Shown: positions 12,879 to 23,203 of the stretch, piece by piece | Layout of the letters: every line of letters begins with the position of its first letter | Position numbering within the stretch: the stretch's first letter is position 1 | Source of the DNA: a virus | Taxonomy: Duplodnaviria; Caudoviricetes | Strand: one strand, 5' to 3' | Virus record (IMG/VR): IMGVR_UViG_3300011008_000004 | Span: 150,258 to 214,257 of that record | DNA length: 64,000 bases | Notes under the pieces: model-generated | The model's database searches: none | What the model was told of the DNA's origin: nothing | Seen by the model: only the letters and a program-made list of their open reading frames with translations | Translations under genes and position numbers: made by a program

Positions 12879-12976
12879 TGGCTGGGGTGGAGCGATTCGA
12901 ACGCTCACATCACGCTTCAAAGGCGCGCTTCCTACGATTTTAGAGATCGCTTTCTTACCAATTAGAATACACCCCA
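12879..12976 (-). tRNA. Gln-type amber suppressor tRNA (anticodon CUA) carrying a second complete anticodon arm (UUG)
   Basis: TGGGGTG TA TTCT AATTGGTA [AGAA A GCGAT CTCTAAA ATCGT A][GGAA G CGCGC CTTTGAA GCGTG A] TGT GAGCG TTCGAAT CGCTC CACCCCA G CCA; U1-A72 and G73 as in tRNA-Gln; encoded CCA. Confidence 0.9.
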
Positions 12977-12981
12977 ATATT

Positions 12982-13001
12982 TATATATATATATATATAT
13001 A
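12982..13001. repeat. (TA)10 microsatellite immediately upstream of the tRNA
   Basis: 20-nt TA run overlapping the TTGTATA motif and ending 5 nt before the tRNA 5' end. Confidence 0.85.
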
Positions 13002-13019
13002 CAAAATAGAAAGCATAGT

Positions 13020-14225
13020 TTATTTAACTATGCTTTCTCCTAATTTATCTTCTAACCATTTTACATCAATATAGAATTTCTGATTATAAGCTTCTTGATA
13101 ATCTTTTAATTCTTCTATATTTTTATAAGCCTTTTTAAATAATTCTTCGGCTTCTTCATACTTACCTTCCCAACACTTAGCATCAGCAATTATTTGCAAA
13201 GCTTTCCATTCTTTAGTTGTCCAAGGTTGAAGTCTCCAGTCTTCTAAAATTTTAGCATCTTTACTCATATTATCTAAAACTTTATATACTTGTGTGTACT
13301 TACCTTGATAAGCTAACATTTGTGCTAGTCTAATGTACGAATCTATAATTGTTTTATCAAAATTTATAGCCTTTCTAAAGTAAAATTCGGCATCTTCAAA
13401 TAAGCCTATTTCATTATAGTACGTCCCTAACGCGATACAAATAACTGCTCTCATCATAATGTTATTATCATTTATTATTTGCATTCTAGCATAATATTGT
13501 TGTGCATATTTTATCGCATTTTGGTAGTCATATCTAAATGAATACTCTCTTTGTAGATAGAATAGTCCATAGTTATCTGTGGGATTCTCATCTACTCTTA
13601 ATTGTAATAAGTTTAAATAACTTCCTCTAGATTTAGTATGGTCTGGATAATGATGTAAATAAATTTTATTAGAATCTAAATAATAGCAACCTTGATAATT
13701 GTAATTATCTCTATCTAAAGTTAATTCTTCATGAACTGGATATCTCCACTTCCAGCCTTTTGCTTGAACTGCTTTATCATACCAGAATACGCTTAATGGA
13801 TTTCCTAATTCATCATGACTCCAAGCATATTTATAAAATATTCTATCAAAATTAGGATGTTCAAATATACACTGTCTATAATCGTCCCAGAAATCTTTAT
13901 CTAATATTTCATCGATATCTGTGCAGATTAAAGCATCACAATCTTCTGGAATTAATTTCATAGATTCATTTCTTGCTACATCGAATCTCCATGGTTTGAT
14001 TTCTTGTTCTGCAATTATTAACTTATTTTTAAATTCTGGAAGTTCTTGTTTTTTCTTAAAATATGTGTAATTAGAATCATCTTTTTTAGTAATTAAAACA
14101 GTTATATAGTTTGCTGGCTTCATGCTTTCAAGCCATCTATCTATAAATTCTTCAGGTTCTGATGCACACATTGCATAGCAACATATTTTAACGTCTTGAT
14201 ATGAATTGAAGTTTTTATTTGACAT
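13020..14225 (-). CDS. GT2-family glycosyltransferase with C-terminal TPR repeats
   Basis: WRFDVARNES, DIDE (DxD) and WRYPVHE motifs followed by TPR-like helices. Confidence 0.8.
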   Translation of the reverse strand: MSNKNFNSYQDVKICCYAMCASEPEEFIDRWLESMKPANYITVLITKKDDSNYTYFKKKQELPEFKNKLIIAEQEIKPWRFDVARNESMKLIPEDCDALICTDIDEILDKDFWDDYRQCIFEHPNFDRIFYKYAWSHDELGNPLSVFWYDKAVQAKGWKWRYPVHEELTLDRDNYNYQGCYYLDSNKIYLHHYPDHTKSRGSYLNLLQLRVDENPTDNYGLFYLQREYSFRYDYQNAIKYAQQYYARMQIINDNNIMMRAVICIALGTYYNEIGLFEDAEFYFRKAINFDKTIIDSYIRLAQMLAYQGKYTQVYKVLDNMSKDAKILEDWRLQPWTTKEWKALQIIADAKCWEGKYEEAEELFKKAYKNIEELKDYQEAYNQKFYIDVKWLEDKLGESIVK

Positions 14226-14282
14226 ATACGTATAAATCTCCTAAATAGTTTATACAAAATATATTAATTTAGCGTAAATAAA

Positions 14283-14307
14283 AGCACCAAGCATTTTACT
14301 TGGTGCT
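14283..14307 (-). terminator. Intrinsic terminator
   Basis: AGCACCAAG/CTTGGTGCT stem plus T-tract. Confidence 0.65.
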
Positions 14308-14329
14308 AGTAATTTATACATTATATGTT

Positions 14330-15802
14330 TTAAAAAGCGGTTGAAACTGTGTCTTCAGTTATCTGAAAAAGTTTAGCAAGATCGCATATTGTATATATGG
14401 ATGTTTTAGAAGGATCTACACTAGTGTTAGAATCTTTCGTGTAGTATAAGCACATGTCATTCTAATCAATTTTAGGTTTAATGTGAATATCTAATATGTA
14501 ACCTTTACTATTAGATCCGCTTGAATCTAGTATTTTTTTACATCCAAATATATCAGTTATATGATAAGTTTCATATAATTGCACTAATGTTATTTCATTT
14601 CCATCCACTATTTTATTAGGATAAGTGCTATAGAAATACATTGAACCACTGCTAGTCATCCATTCAGGATATGGGGAGCTATTATCAAGAAATTTTAGTA
14701 AAGATATGCTATGTTTATATATTGTTTGAAACATGCCATACTGATAGCCACTATATGGCGTAGATAACGTTAATGATACCCATTGGTTATTAATCATAGT
14801 GCCTTCAATATGCGTAGCGTCTACATATGCCTTAGTAGCTACATCGTTATCTAATACAGGAGTGCCTGCTTGAAATCTTCCTCCATCTCCTCTATACACT
14901 AGTGTCCAAGCTGCTGCGCTTTCAGCCATAGTAGTTGTGCCTTCAGCACCACTAGATGTATGAATATATGCTTTATTTGTGCCACTACCAGTGATCTGCT
15001 TTACATAATTATTATTCGCGTATACTTTAGTTATAAGGTCTTTATCCGCACTAGGACTAGCATTTGGTGCTTCTACGTTGCCATTATCTTTTACTCTTAA
15101 ACCTGTTTTTCTAGTAGGATTATCAGTGCCTATACCTACAACAAATGTAGATGTATTATCTTGTGCGTATGCATTATATCTACCTACTAATGTTTGATTA
15201 TCTTTGCTAGCTCTCAAGCCCTATCCATATAAATTTGTATCATTATAATCACTAACGTTATATCTACCTTGTACATGAATATCTTTCTATCCTGCAGTGT
15301 TTTTAGATAGATCATTGTTATCTCCATCTACAGATGATGTATAAGCATTTATATAGTTTGTAGAACCGCATGCTCTAGATGCGCCGCCATGAATACCCAT
15401 AGTATTATCATTACCTGTTACAAAACTATGGACGCCACTAACATCATTTTTTAGGCCACCAACAATTATATTGCTATTCCTAACTATATTTAACTTACCT
15501 GCAACTAAATTTCTTTTTGCTGAAGCTGTATCAGTATTTGCCTCACCTAATAAAGCTTCACTTTCCCCTAAAGCTTTACTTTGATAATGATCAGTGTCTA
15601 CTATTCCTGAATATTTTAAAACTATAGAATCATTTACATCATTCAAAATATTGTTGTTAACTGCAATTAAATCTTTTAATTGAGTTGTATTGTCACCTAC
15701 ATAGAGTCTATTTGTGTCAGTCTCAAAAAATGGCTATCCTGCACTTAAGATATCATCTGAAGCCAATCTTTGAGCAGACGTCCCACGTCTTAATTGAATC
15801 AT
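14330..15802 (-). CDS. Tail fibre/adhesin with Mtd-N/hyaluronidase-N-like start and YadA-like repeats
   Basis: MIQLRRGT...FFETDTNRLYVGD; joins track ORFs 15287..15646 and 14462..15217 across TAGs; DVATKAYVD neck motif. Confidence 0.7.
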
Positions 15803-15932
15803 TTAAATATCCTCATATTTAATTATTTGAATATTTAACTAAAAAAAAACCTGAAGATGCTTATGACGTAAATAAAAGACTGACTAGAATTCTCTAATCA
15901 GTCTTAATTAGTTAATTATTTACTTAAATTTC

Positions 15933-16739
15933 TTATGAAATTTCGCCATCATCTATTGAAATATCAGACCAAGTAGGTGCTGCATTAGCGCCATTAGATT
16001 TCAAATACTGTCCACTAGTTCCAGAACCAGTTGCTGCATATATAGAAGTAGCAGTTGTAGCGCCATTAACAGCGTTTATTAAACCGCACTCACCTTTAGC
16101 GCCTGTCGGACCTGTGGCTCCAGTTGGACCGATTGCTCCAGTAGCACCAGTTGGTCCAATGTCTCCTGTTTCACCTTTTGCGCCAGTAGGACCAGTTGGT
16201 CCAATAACACCTTGTGGTCCAGTAGCACCGGTTGATCCTGTGTCACCCTTTATACCTTGAATGCCTTGTTCACCCTTAGGACCTGTGGGTCCTATAGAAC
16301 CTGTATCACCTTTAACGCCCTAAGGTCCAGTAGCACCAGTATCACCTTTATCACCTTTGATACCGGCTTCTGCCATATCAATTATAAATGTCCAGGTTGA
16401 TTGACCAGCACCAGCTGTTGCTTTTCTATATACTTCGCCATATTCTGGATCGTATTTATTACCAGTATCAATTATAACATATTGGCCAACTTTTACAGTA
16501 GTATCAGCATACATTTGAGCTAAGCTTGTAAAAGTCTTAGATAATTCCCATGTAGGTCCTTGAGGCCCTGTAGGTCCTGTTGCACCTTGAATACCTTGAG
16601 GTCCAGTAGGTCCATATAATTTACCTATTTCAGATCTAGGTACATAATTCTCTTTGACCTAAGCGACTTCTTGGGTTAGATTGGCGTCTTTCAAATCATA
16701 AGGTATATTATTTAATTTTATCCTAGATATGTTAGACAT
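15933..16739 (-). CDS. Collagen-like fibre protein, partial paralogue of 7644..9674
   Basis: G-X-Y tract with GP*GVKG; shares SNGAN(A/T)APTW and the terminal IDDGEI. Confidence 0.75.
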
Positions 16740-16771
16740 TCATCAGCCTCATTTCTTAAATTATTTTAATT

Positions 16772-16801
16772 AACTAACTAGCGATTTCTCGCTAGTTAGT
16801 T
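16772..16801. terminator. Intrinsic terminator
   Basis: AACTAACTAGCGA/TCGCTAGTTAGTT stem. Confidence 0.6.
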
Positions 16802-16829
16802 TTATTTTGTTTTATATGATTATAATTGA

Positions 16830-18833
16830 TTAAGCTTTCTTTGAAATATTAGCATCATCAACAACGATATCACCAACATCAAGACTAATAGCTTTTCCAT
16901 TAAATGCTACTGTTCCAAGGTTTGCTTTGTCATAGTTACCAGAAACGGAAACATTAACAGCCGAACCAGAAAAACTTGCACCGTTAGCCGTAGCTTTGTC
17001 ATATTGACCAGAAACCGAAACATTAACTTCGGAACCAGTGAATGTAACAGTGCCAACTTTGTCTGCTTTTACTTCGTCGAATGTAGGCATTGCACCGCCA
17101 TCAAACGTATCAGCAGCTTTAGAACCACCACTAAATTTAGCCGTGTTAATAACAGTAGCAGAACCACCGTCAAAAGTACCAAAGTCAACATTACCAGCAC
17201 TGAACGTACCTTGCGCCGTAACAGCGTTATCAAAATAACCAGTTCCAGACGTCAATTCTTCAAAGCCTAATACCAAACATTCAGAATCCGTCGTATCTAA
17301 AGTATATGTAGGTTTCAAAATCTTCTTTGCAAAAGAACCTGTCGTTGCGTTACCAAGAGATGGAGCAGTATAATCAGCTCCAGTCCAACTTGCAGCTTGA
17401 CCAGCTGTGTAGAAGCCTTCTTGGAAAGCGGCAGGAGTAAATTCACCCTCAGTGAATGTTGCAACCGTACCAGCCGTTTTAACTTTACTTGCAGCAACTT
17501 CTGTCGTAGCAACATCAACGTCACCAGCAGCAGTTACTTTACCAGTAGAAGTAATATCAGTAGCTGTTTGTGTAAATGCATTTAACGTAACGCTACCAGC
17601 TGCGGTAACAGAACCAGTAGAGGTCATACCAGTCGAAGCATAGCCCAACGCACCCGTTAATTCACCAGTTGAAGTACCAGTTGCTTTAACACCAGAAATC
17701 GTTTGTCCTTCTGCTTTAATATCGTCTATATCAGTATCAGCTAAATCACCAAATTGATGATCAATAGGAGTTGTATTATCGCCTTTATTAATTGTTAATT
17801 TACCATTAGTATAAGAAGCGCCTGTTAATACATTTTCTGTAATAGCAATGTTTCCTAAATCTACGTATTTACCATGAGTTTCATCAGTAGAAACTGTCTT
17901 AAATTCACTGCCAAGTTTAACAGTGTTTAACTTAGCGTCCCAACCATCTTCTTTACCTTCTATAGCATCAACTCTATCGTCTAAACCATCGATTGCTGAT
18001 TGTAAACCTTCTTCTACGCCGGTTGCCCTTTCTTCTTCTGCTTCAACTGCAGCCTTAGCACCAACTTCATTGTTCCAGTTAGTAATTTGTTGAGTAGTTA
18101 TATTATAAGCAGGTTTACCTTCAATAGTTTCAACCTTACCTTCCAATGTGTCTATAGCACCTTCAGCGGTTGTCAATCTAGTATCTAAACCACCTTCGAC
18201 ACCAGTAGCTCTAGTAACTTCAGCAGCAATAGCAGCAGCATTGGCTTTTTCAGCAGTATCTGCTCTTGTAACTTCAGCCGCTAAGCCACCAGCAACTTCA
18301 GCAATATCATCAGCTAGATCATCTTCAGCTTCTTTTGCTCTATCAGCTTCAACTTTAATAGCTGCATCAACTTGGTCTTTGGTATAGTAATTGCTCAAGT
18401 CAATTCTTGTGTCACCGATTTTTTCCCATTGATAATTAGAACCAACTTTAATACAAATGTATTCACCATAAACATCTTGTTCTTTTCCAGAACCAGATTC
18501 ATTCTTTAAATAAATCGTCTTAGATTTATTAAATTCATGAGCAGCATCTGCAGTCGGTAATTCGGTAACTACTTCATATGTAATAAGAATGATTTGACCA
18601 ACTTTTTCATTTGTGTAAGCTTTTGCATCTACTAATACTTGAGCATCTTGAGCATCTACGTATTCAATAGTAGCATAATTTTCTTTAATTTCACCAATAT
18701 CATCTTGTATTTCTGGAATATCGGTGTCAACTACAGTAGTTAAAAGCGCTCTAGCATCTGCATCTTTTAAATAATAGTCTTGTGTACCAATTTTAATTTT
18801 ACTTAAAACAGGAGTGTTACTATAAGTAGCCAT
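16830..18833 (-). CDS. Long fibre/whisker protein (coiled coil plus Gly/Thr-rich beta region)
   Basis: 667-aa intact ORF with heptad repeats (AEVTRA) and WEKIG..DLSNYYTK motif. Confidence 0.7.
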   Translation of the reverse strand: MATYSNTPVLSKIKIGTQDYYLKDADARALLTTVVDTDIPEIQDDIGEIKENYATIEYVDAQDAQVLVDAKAYTNEKVGQIILITYEVVTELPTADAAHEFNKSKTIYLKNESGSGKEQDVYGEYICIKVGSNYQWEKIGDTRIDLSNYYTKDQVDAAIKVEADRAKEAEDDLADDIAEVAGGLAAEVTRADTAEKANAAAIAAEVTRATGVEGGLDTRLTTAEGAIDTLEGKVETIEGKPAYNITTQQITNWNNEVGAKAAVEAEEERATGVEEGLQSAIDGLDDRVDAIEGKEDGWDAKLNTVKLGSEFKTVSTDETHGKYVDLGNIAITENVLTGASYTNGKLTINKGDNTTPIDHQFGDLADTDIDDIKAEGQTISGVKATGTSTGELTGALGYASTGMTSTGSVTAAGSVTLNAFTQTATDITSTGKVTAAGDVDVATTEVAASKVKTAGTVATFTEGEFTPAAFQEGFYTAGQAASWTGADYTAPSLGNATTGSFAKKILKPTYTLDTTDSECLVLGFEELTSGTGYFDNAVTAQGTFSAGNVDFGTFDGGSATVINTAKFSGGSKAADTFDGGAMPTFDEVKADKVGTVTFTGSEVNVSVSGQYDKATANGASFSGSAVNVSVSGNYDKANLGTVAFNGKAISLDVGDIVVDDANISKKA

Positions 18834-18909
18834 ACTTTAAATATTTCCTTTATTTAATTTATTTTTCTTTTATTTTATATGTTTATTTTAAACGTATATT
18901 TACTATAAT

Positions 18910-19479
18910 TTAGCTCTTTTTAGTAGTACGTTTTCTAGGTTTTTTAAGTACTAAACAATCATCTCCAGCAACATCAAAATCAATAGTATCTATACTATCT
19001 GTGATTGCTTTTTGAGTCATTGTTCCGTCTTCATTATCACCTAAATCATCATACAATTTTATTATACCCGCTTTATCAGATGTAGCATATGTAACGCAAG
19101 TTATGAAGTGTCCATCTAATATAGATTGACCAGCTTCAACTACATATGTAAACAATCTGTTTGTTAGGATATCTAAGTATAATTTACTTCTTAATTTTGG
19201 AAGAGGATCTACAGATGTTGGAGTTGGGTAGAATTTCCCGTCTGCTTCTTTAAAATATCCTCTTAATAAGATGTCTGTGTCTTCAGGTTCTGGTCCTGTG
19301 CCATTTCCTATATAAGGAAGATCAACATAGTCATTTATACCATTACCTATTTTTAATTTGTTTGTATCTAATTCAAATATAGGTTCACCTTCAAGTGGTT
19401 TGTTGTCTCCAACTAACTTTAACTCTAAAGTTTCTTTATCACCTCTTTTGAATTTGATGCTCTCTATTGTAGTATTCAC
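18910..19479 (-). CDS. Fibre-associated protein with Mtd-N-like domain
   Basis: IKFKRG...GEPIFELDTNKLKIGNG...DLPY. Confidence 0.6.
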   Translation of the reverse strand: MNTTIESIKFKRGDKETLELKLVGDNKPLEGEPIFELDTNKLKIGNGINDYVDLPYIGNGTGPEPEDTDILLRGYFKEADGKFYPTPTSVDPLPKLRSKLYLDILTNRLFTYVVEAGQSILDGHFITCVTYATSDKAGIIKLYDDLGDNEDGTMTQKAITDSIDTIDFDVAGDDCLVLKKPRKRTTKKS

Positions 19480-19925
19480 TCTACTTTACCTCCGTCCACA
19501 GTTAATACTTCAACTACATCTTTAATTTTCTTTTCAACTGAACCATCAACTGTAGCATCGCCATTTAATATATCAATAGCATCTGTATTAATGTCAGTCT
19601 TTACTTCTACTTCAGTTATATCAGCGTCTATGTTTTGAATAACTGAAGAATTATTTAAAGCTGTATTTAATTGTTGTTGTGCTTCAGATGTTTGATAGTT
19701 TAATGTTTCATCAATTTGTCTAAATTTACCTGTTGCATTTGATGGCGTATTATTTACATTAAATAAATATAATTTACCATCATCTGGACAAATGCAAAAA
19801 TAAACATCTGGTAAATTAAAATCATCCTCAGCTGTAAGCATTTGAGCTTTAGTTAAAGATAATCTTTTATCTACAGCGGAATTTGAAGTTATGTCAAAAC
19901 CGTTACTAAAACGAGTATAAGCCAT
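19476..19925 (-). CDS. Fibre-associated protein
   Basis: N-terminal D(A/K)R segment resembles 7644..9674 and 10453..11220. Confidence 0.5.
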   Translation of the reverse strand: MAYTRFSNGFDITSNSAVDKRLSLTKAQMLTAEDDFNLPDVYFCICPDDGKLYLFNVNNTPSNATGKFRQIDETLNYQTSEAQQQLNTALNNSSVIQNIDADITEVEVKTDINTDAIDILNGDATVDGSVEKKIKDVVEVLTVDGGKVE

Positions 19926-19942
19926 TCATTATCCCCTTTTTA

Positions 19943-21313
19943 TTATTTCCATCTTAACTCATATTTGTCTATACCAGCAGTATATCTTTCATGAGGAGCA
20001 TATATATAATATTCTGCACCTTCATATGTAACAACCTTTGGAGGTGTCCAATTAGATAATAAATCAAATAAAGTTAAATCATTTTGATATATGTGAACTA
20101 ACTCACCTAAAGATTTGCTAAACGCTATTGCATAATATGATTTAGCTGAAGTGTTGAAAGTATGAACTAAGTTAGTATCCTTTACTAAGTTTGTTATTGT
20201 TTCAGATTCCCAATCACTCGTAATAGTTTCAGGATCAGTAGGTCCAGCATAATAGAAAGCTTTTAATTCAACTGTAGGTGTTCCAAATAATATATTATAA
20301 AGAATATCTGCAATTTTAGTATCACCACTAATTGATGTACCTGCTGCTAAATTTCCGACAGTTACTTGCGTTGTAAATGTTTTGCCTATTTTAGCTTCAC
20401 CGGCAATTTTATAAATAACATTATCTATAGTTAAACTATTTAAATCAACAGTAGGATTTGCTTCATTAACTTTTAGCTAATCTTGTTTTTTATCAATAGC
20501 AGTTTGCAGTAAATTATCACCAGCAACTCTTCCAGCATGTTCACTGGCGTCTTGTTGATCTATGTAACGCATTGTATCAGTAATACTTGCATCAACATAA
20601 TCAACAGAAGGAATGATATCTGGGTCTCTACCGATTACGTTATTATTAATTATAATACCATTATAATCTTCTCTTGTGTCAACTGATAAAGTATCTTGTT
20701 TTGCTGCTAATTCTGTTTTTGTAGCTAAATGACTAATGTCTTGGTGTTCAGTTAAATAACCTTTACCTTCAACCCAACTTTCAGTTGCATAGCCATCTAA
20801 GCTTGGTATTTTTTCTTCAACTTCGTCTATTTTAGCGTCTAAAATAGCGACATCTGATGCTAACTCATCTTTAGTAGCTAAATGACTAATATCCTAATGT
20901 TCGGTTAAATAATGTTTGTCTTCTACCCAGGTTTCTGTAGCATAACCTTGTAGCGCTTCATCAGTTATAAATCCAGCATCATTTTCTAGATCACTAATTT
21001 TCTCAGGTATAAGTTCTTCAATCGCTGTAATTTTTTCATCAATCTATGCTTTAGTATAAAACATAGATAAGTCAACTTTACTTAATTCTTGCCAATCTGA
21101 TAACTCACCTGAATCAGTTTCTAAAGTCCAAACGTATTCTCTTCCTAAATCAGTAGTGGTATATAAATCGCCTAAAGTATTTCCTGAAAGAGGTAAGTCT
21201 TCCTTAGAAGCCACAGAGCCCTTATAAGTCATGCCTTTGGAAACTATTTTTATTTGTTCATCTGTATAATTCTTTGCATATTTTTTACAAAGAATCCATG
21301 TTATTACATCCAT
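19943..21313 (-). CDS. Fibre protein with internal repeats (TAG-recoded)
   Basis: Repeat YLTEH*DISHLATK (TAG 20894) versus YLTEHQDISHLATK (CAA 20741). Confidence 0.75.
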
Positions 21314-21334
21314 TGATAATTTCCTTTACGATAA

Positions 21335-21496
21335 TTATGATAATTCTAACCACTCTTTTGATTCTGCACTAAACATAAATACTTTAGTAGTATCCATTTC
21401 TACAAATGTAGAACCATTACCTACGTCAGTTGGTTTTGTATCTGTACTTAAACCGTAAAGTTCGAATACTCTATCGCCATATGCACTAGTTATCAT
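21335..21496 (-). CDS. Small structural-module protein (53 aa)
   Basis: MITSAYGDRVFELYGLSTDTKPT...NGSTFVEMDT; GGTGG RBS. Confidence 0.55.
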   Translation of the reverse strand: MITSAYGDRVFELYGLSTDTKPTDVGNGSTFVEMDTTKVFMFSAESKEWLELS

Positions 21497-21508
21497 AGTT
21501 ATTCCACC

Positions 21509-21793
21509 TTAATTAATACTGATATCAAAAATAGCTAATACAGTGTTATTAGCTGTAGCTACAACAACTGAATGACCTGTTTTTAAACCTAATACAACAC
21601 CACAGTTATTTACGTTTAATACACTTAAATCACTAGAAGCCCATGTGATATCATCATAGGCTTCAGATATATTCTAACGTAAAGATTTAGTTTCATTTAC
21701 GTTTAACGTTATATTATATCTCGATGTATTATTTTCTTTATCTGTAAATTTTTTGTAAGCTTTTAAAGTTGTAGTTAATTTGCTATAATCCAT
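21509..21793 (-). CDS. Ig-like (Big_2-type) domain protein
   Basis: ITWASSDLSVLNVNNCGVVLGLKTG; one TAG. Confidence 0.6.
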
Positions 21794-21805
21794 TTTAATC
21801 TCCAA

Positions 21806-22261
21806 TCAACCTACATAAAATTTGCAGACATCGTTATCTGCTAAAGTTTGACTTACTTTGTTATCTTTATCTAACAAAGTAAGCTTGCCGTAATACATAC
21901 CTTTATATAATTTGGCTGATAGTTCAGAACCTATATTTATATCTATAATATTATTAGAATTTGTTACAGTTTCAAAAACTTTTTCATATCTAAAATTAAA
22001 TAATTCAAATTGATAATTTTTATTTTTAAGATATGTTTCTGCATCTACGTATGTGCCATCGTCATACATAACTTGTCCAGTTACAACAAATTCAAGAACT
22101 ATAGGATCACCTTGATTCCAACCAAAACCAATAAGTTCATTGTTTATGTTATACATCTCTAATGGCATGTGTGGTCTTTCATGAAGCTAGATATCTTTAG
22201 CATAAGGATTATTGATATCTAAGTCTTTATCTAAATTTTGATAATTGTCAAACATGCTCAT
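21806..22261 (-). CDS. Structural-module protein
   Basis: Track ORF extended upstream through a TAG to ATG 22261. Confidence 0.55.
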
Positions 22262-22277
22262 ATGTTAATTTCCTATA

Positions 22278-23183
22278 TTATATTTCGTCATCATATGAAC
22301 CCGCACTCATTGCGCAAGTTTCACTTAAATCAGGATTATTGTTTACATTATTTTCATTTAATAATTGATCTTTATAATCACTCATCTTTATGTTTTTAAG
22401 TTCATCTAACATAGATTCCTTAGGAGCTGATTCATTTAATTTATCTCCAGCTGTAGATTCTCTGTCATCTGCAGGTTCTTCACCATCACTTAATTTCTTT
22501 AGAGATTCTATATCTTTTTCTGATAAAAGTATATCATCGTCATGAGCATCAAATGATTCACCTAAATCATCATCTTGAGGCTCTAGATCAGCATCTAAGT
22601 CACCTAATTCTATATTCTTTAGATCTTCTATTGAATCTAATTCTTCATCATTAAGGACATTTTGTGAATCAAGTTTATCGACATTAAAATCATCGATATT
22701 ATCATTTACTTGATAATTATTAGCTATCATAAATCTATTTATTTCTTCATCTGGTAGCCAAGCTAATAACTGTTCACATAAAGTTTCGTATTTAATAGTA
22801 CCTTGATTTAGCATGTCTTTAAGCTTTGTTTCATAAGGTCTAGTATCAACAGTTTCTTCGAGATTAGATTCTTCATTCATGACAGCATTGCATTCATCTA
22901 AATTTTCAACATCATCTTCAGCAACGTCCATACTTCCGGTAAAATCATCAAACCATTCTTTTGCTTCAGCCTCTGTTTCAGTTTCCCAATCTTCTACGCC
23001 ATCATAGAAAAACTTAGAACGACCGTCTTTAGTCATATACCAAGCATATTCAGCCGCAAAACCATCTTCATCTTTTATGTCTTTTACAGCTACAAATTCA
23101 AATTCAGGATCTAAATCATAGGGTCTGTCATCATCCTTGAAATTTATATCATCTAAATTCTCAACTAATTTAACGTTTAACAT
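22278..23183 (-). CDS. Acidic putative prohead core/internal protein
   Basis: Very Asp/Glu-rich with many (L/I/V)-x-E sites. Confidence 0.55.
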   Translation of the reverse strand: MLNVKLVENLDDINFKDDDRPYDLDPEFEFVAVKDIKDEDGFAAEYAWYMTKDGRSKFFYDGVEDWETETEAEAKEWFDDFTGSMDVAEDDVENLDECNAVMNEESNLEETVDTRPYETKLKDMLNQGTIKYETLCEQLLAWLPDEEINRFMIANNYQVNDNIDDFNVDKLDSQNVLNDEELDSIEDLKNIELGDLDADLEPQDDDLGESFDAHDDDILLSEKDIESLKKLSDGEEPADDRESTAGDKLNESAPKESMLDELKNIKMSDYKDQLLNENNVNNNPDLSETCAMSAGSYDDEI

Positions 23184-23203
23184 TTAATCACCTCTTTAAA
23201 TGC

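Noticed and set aside
12879-12976. tRNA-Pyl, tRNA-Sec, or an ordinary long-variable-arm Ser/Leu/Tyr suppressor
   Set aside because: The acceptor end is Gln-like and TAG aligns with Gln; the extra arm has six unpaired 5' nt and a canonical anticodon loop, unlike typical class II arms (not formally excluded)
14330-19479. Diversity-generating retroelement suggested by Mtd-N-like domains
   Set aside because: No reverse transcriptase and no template/variable repeat pair seen in the window
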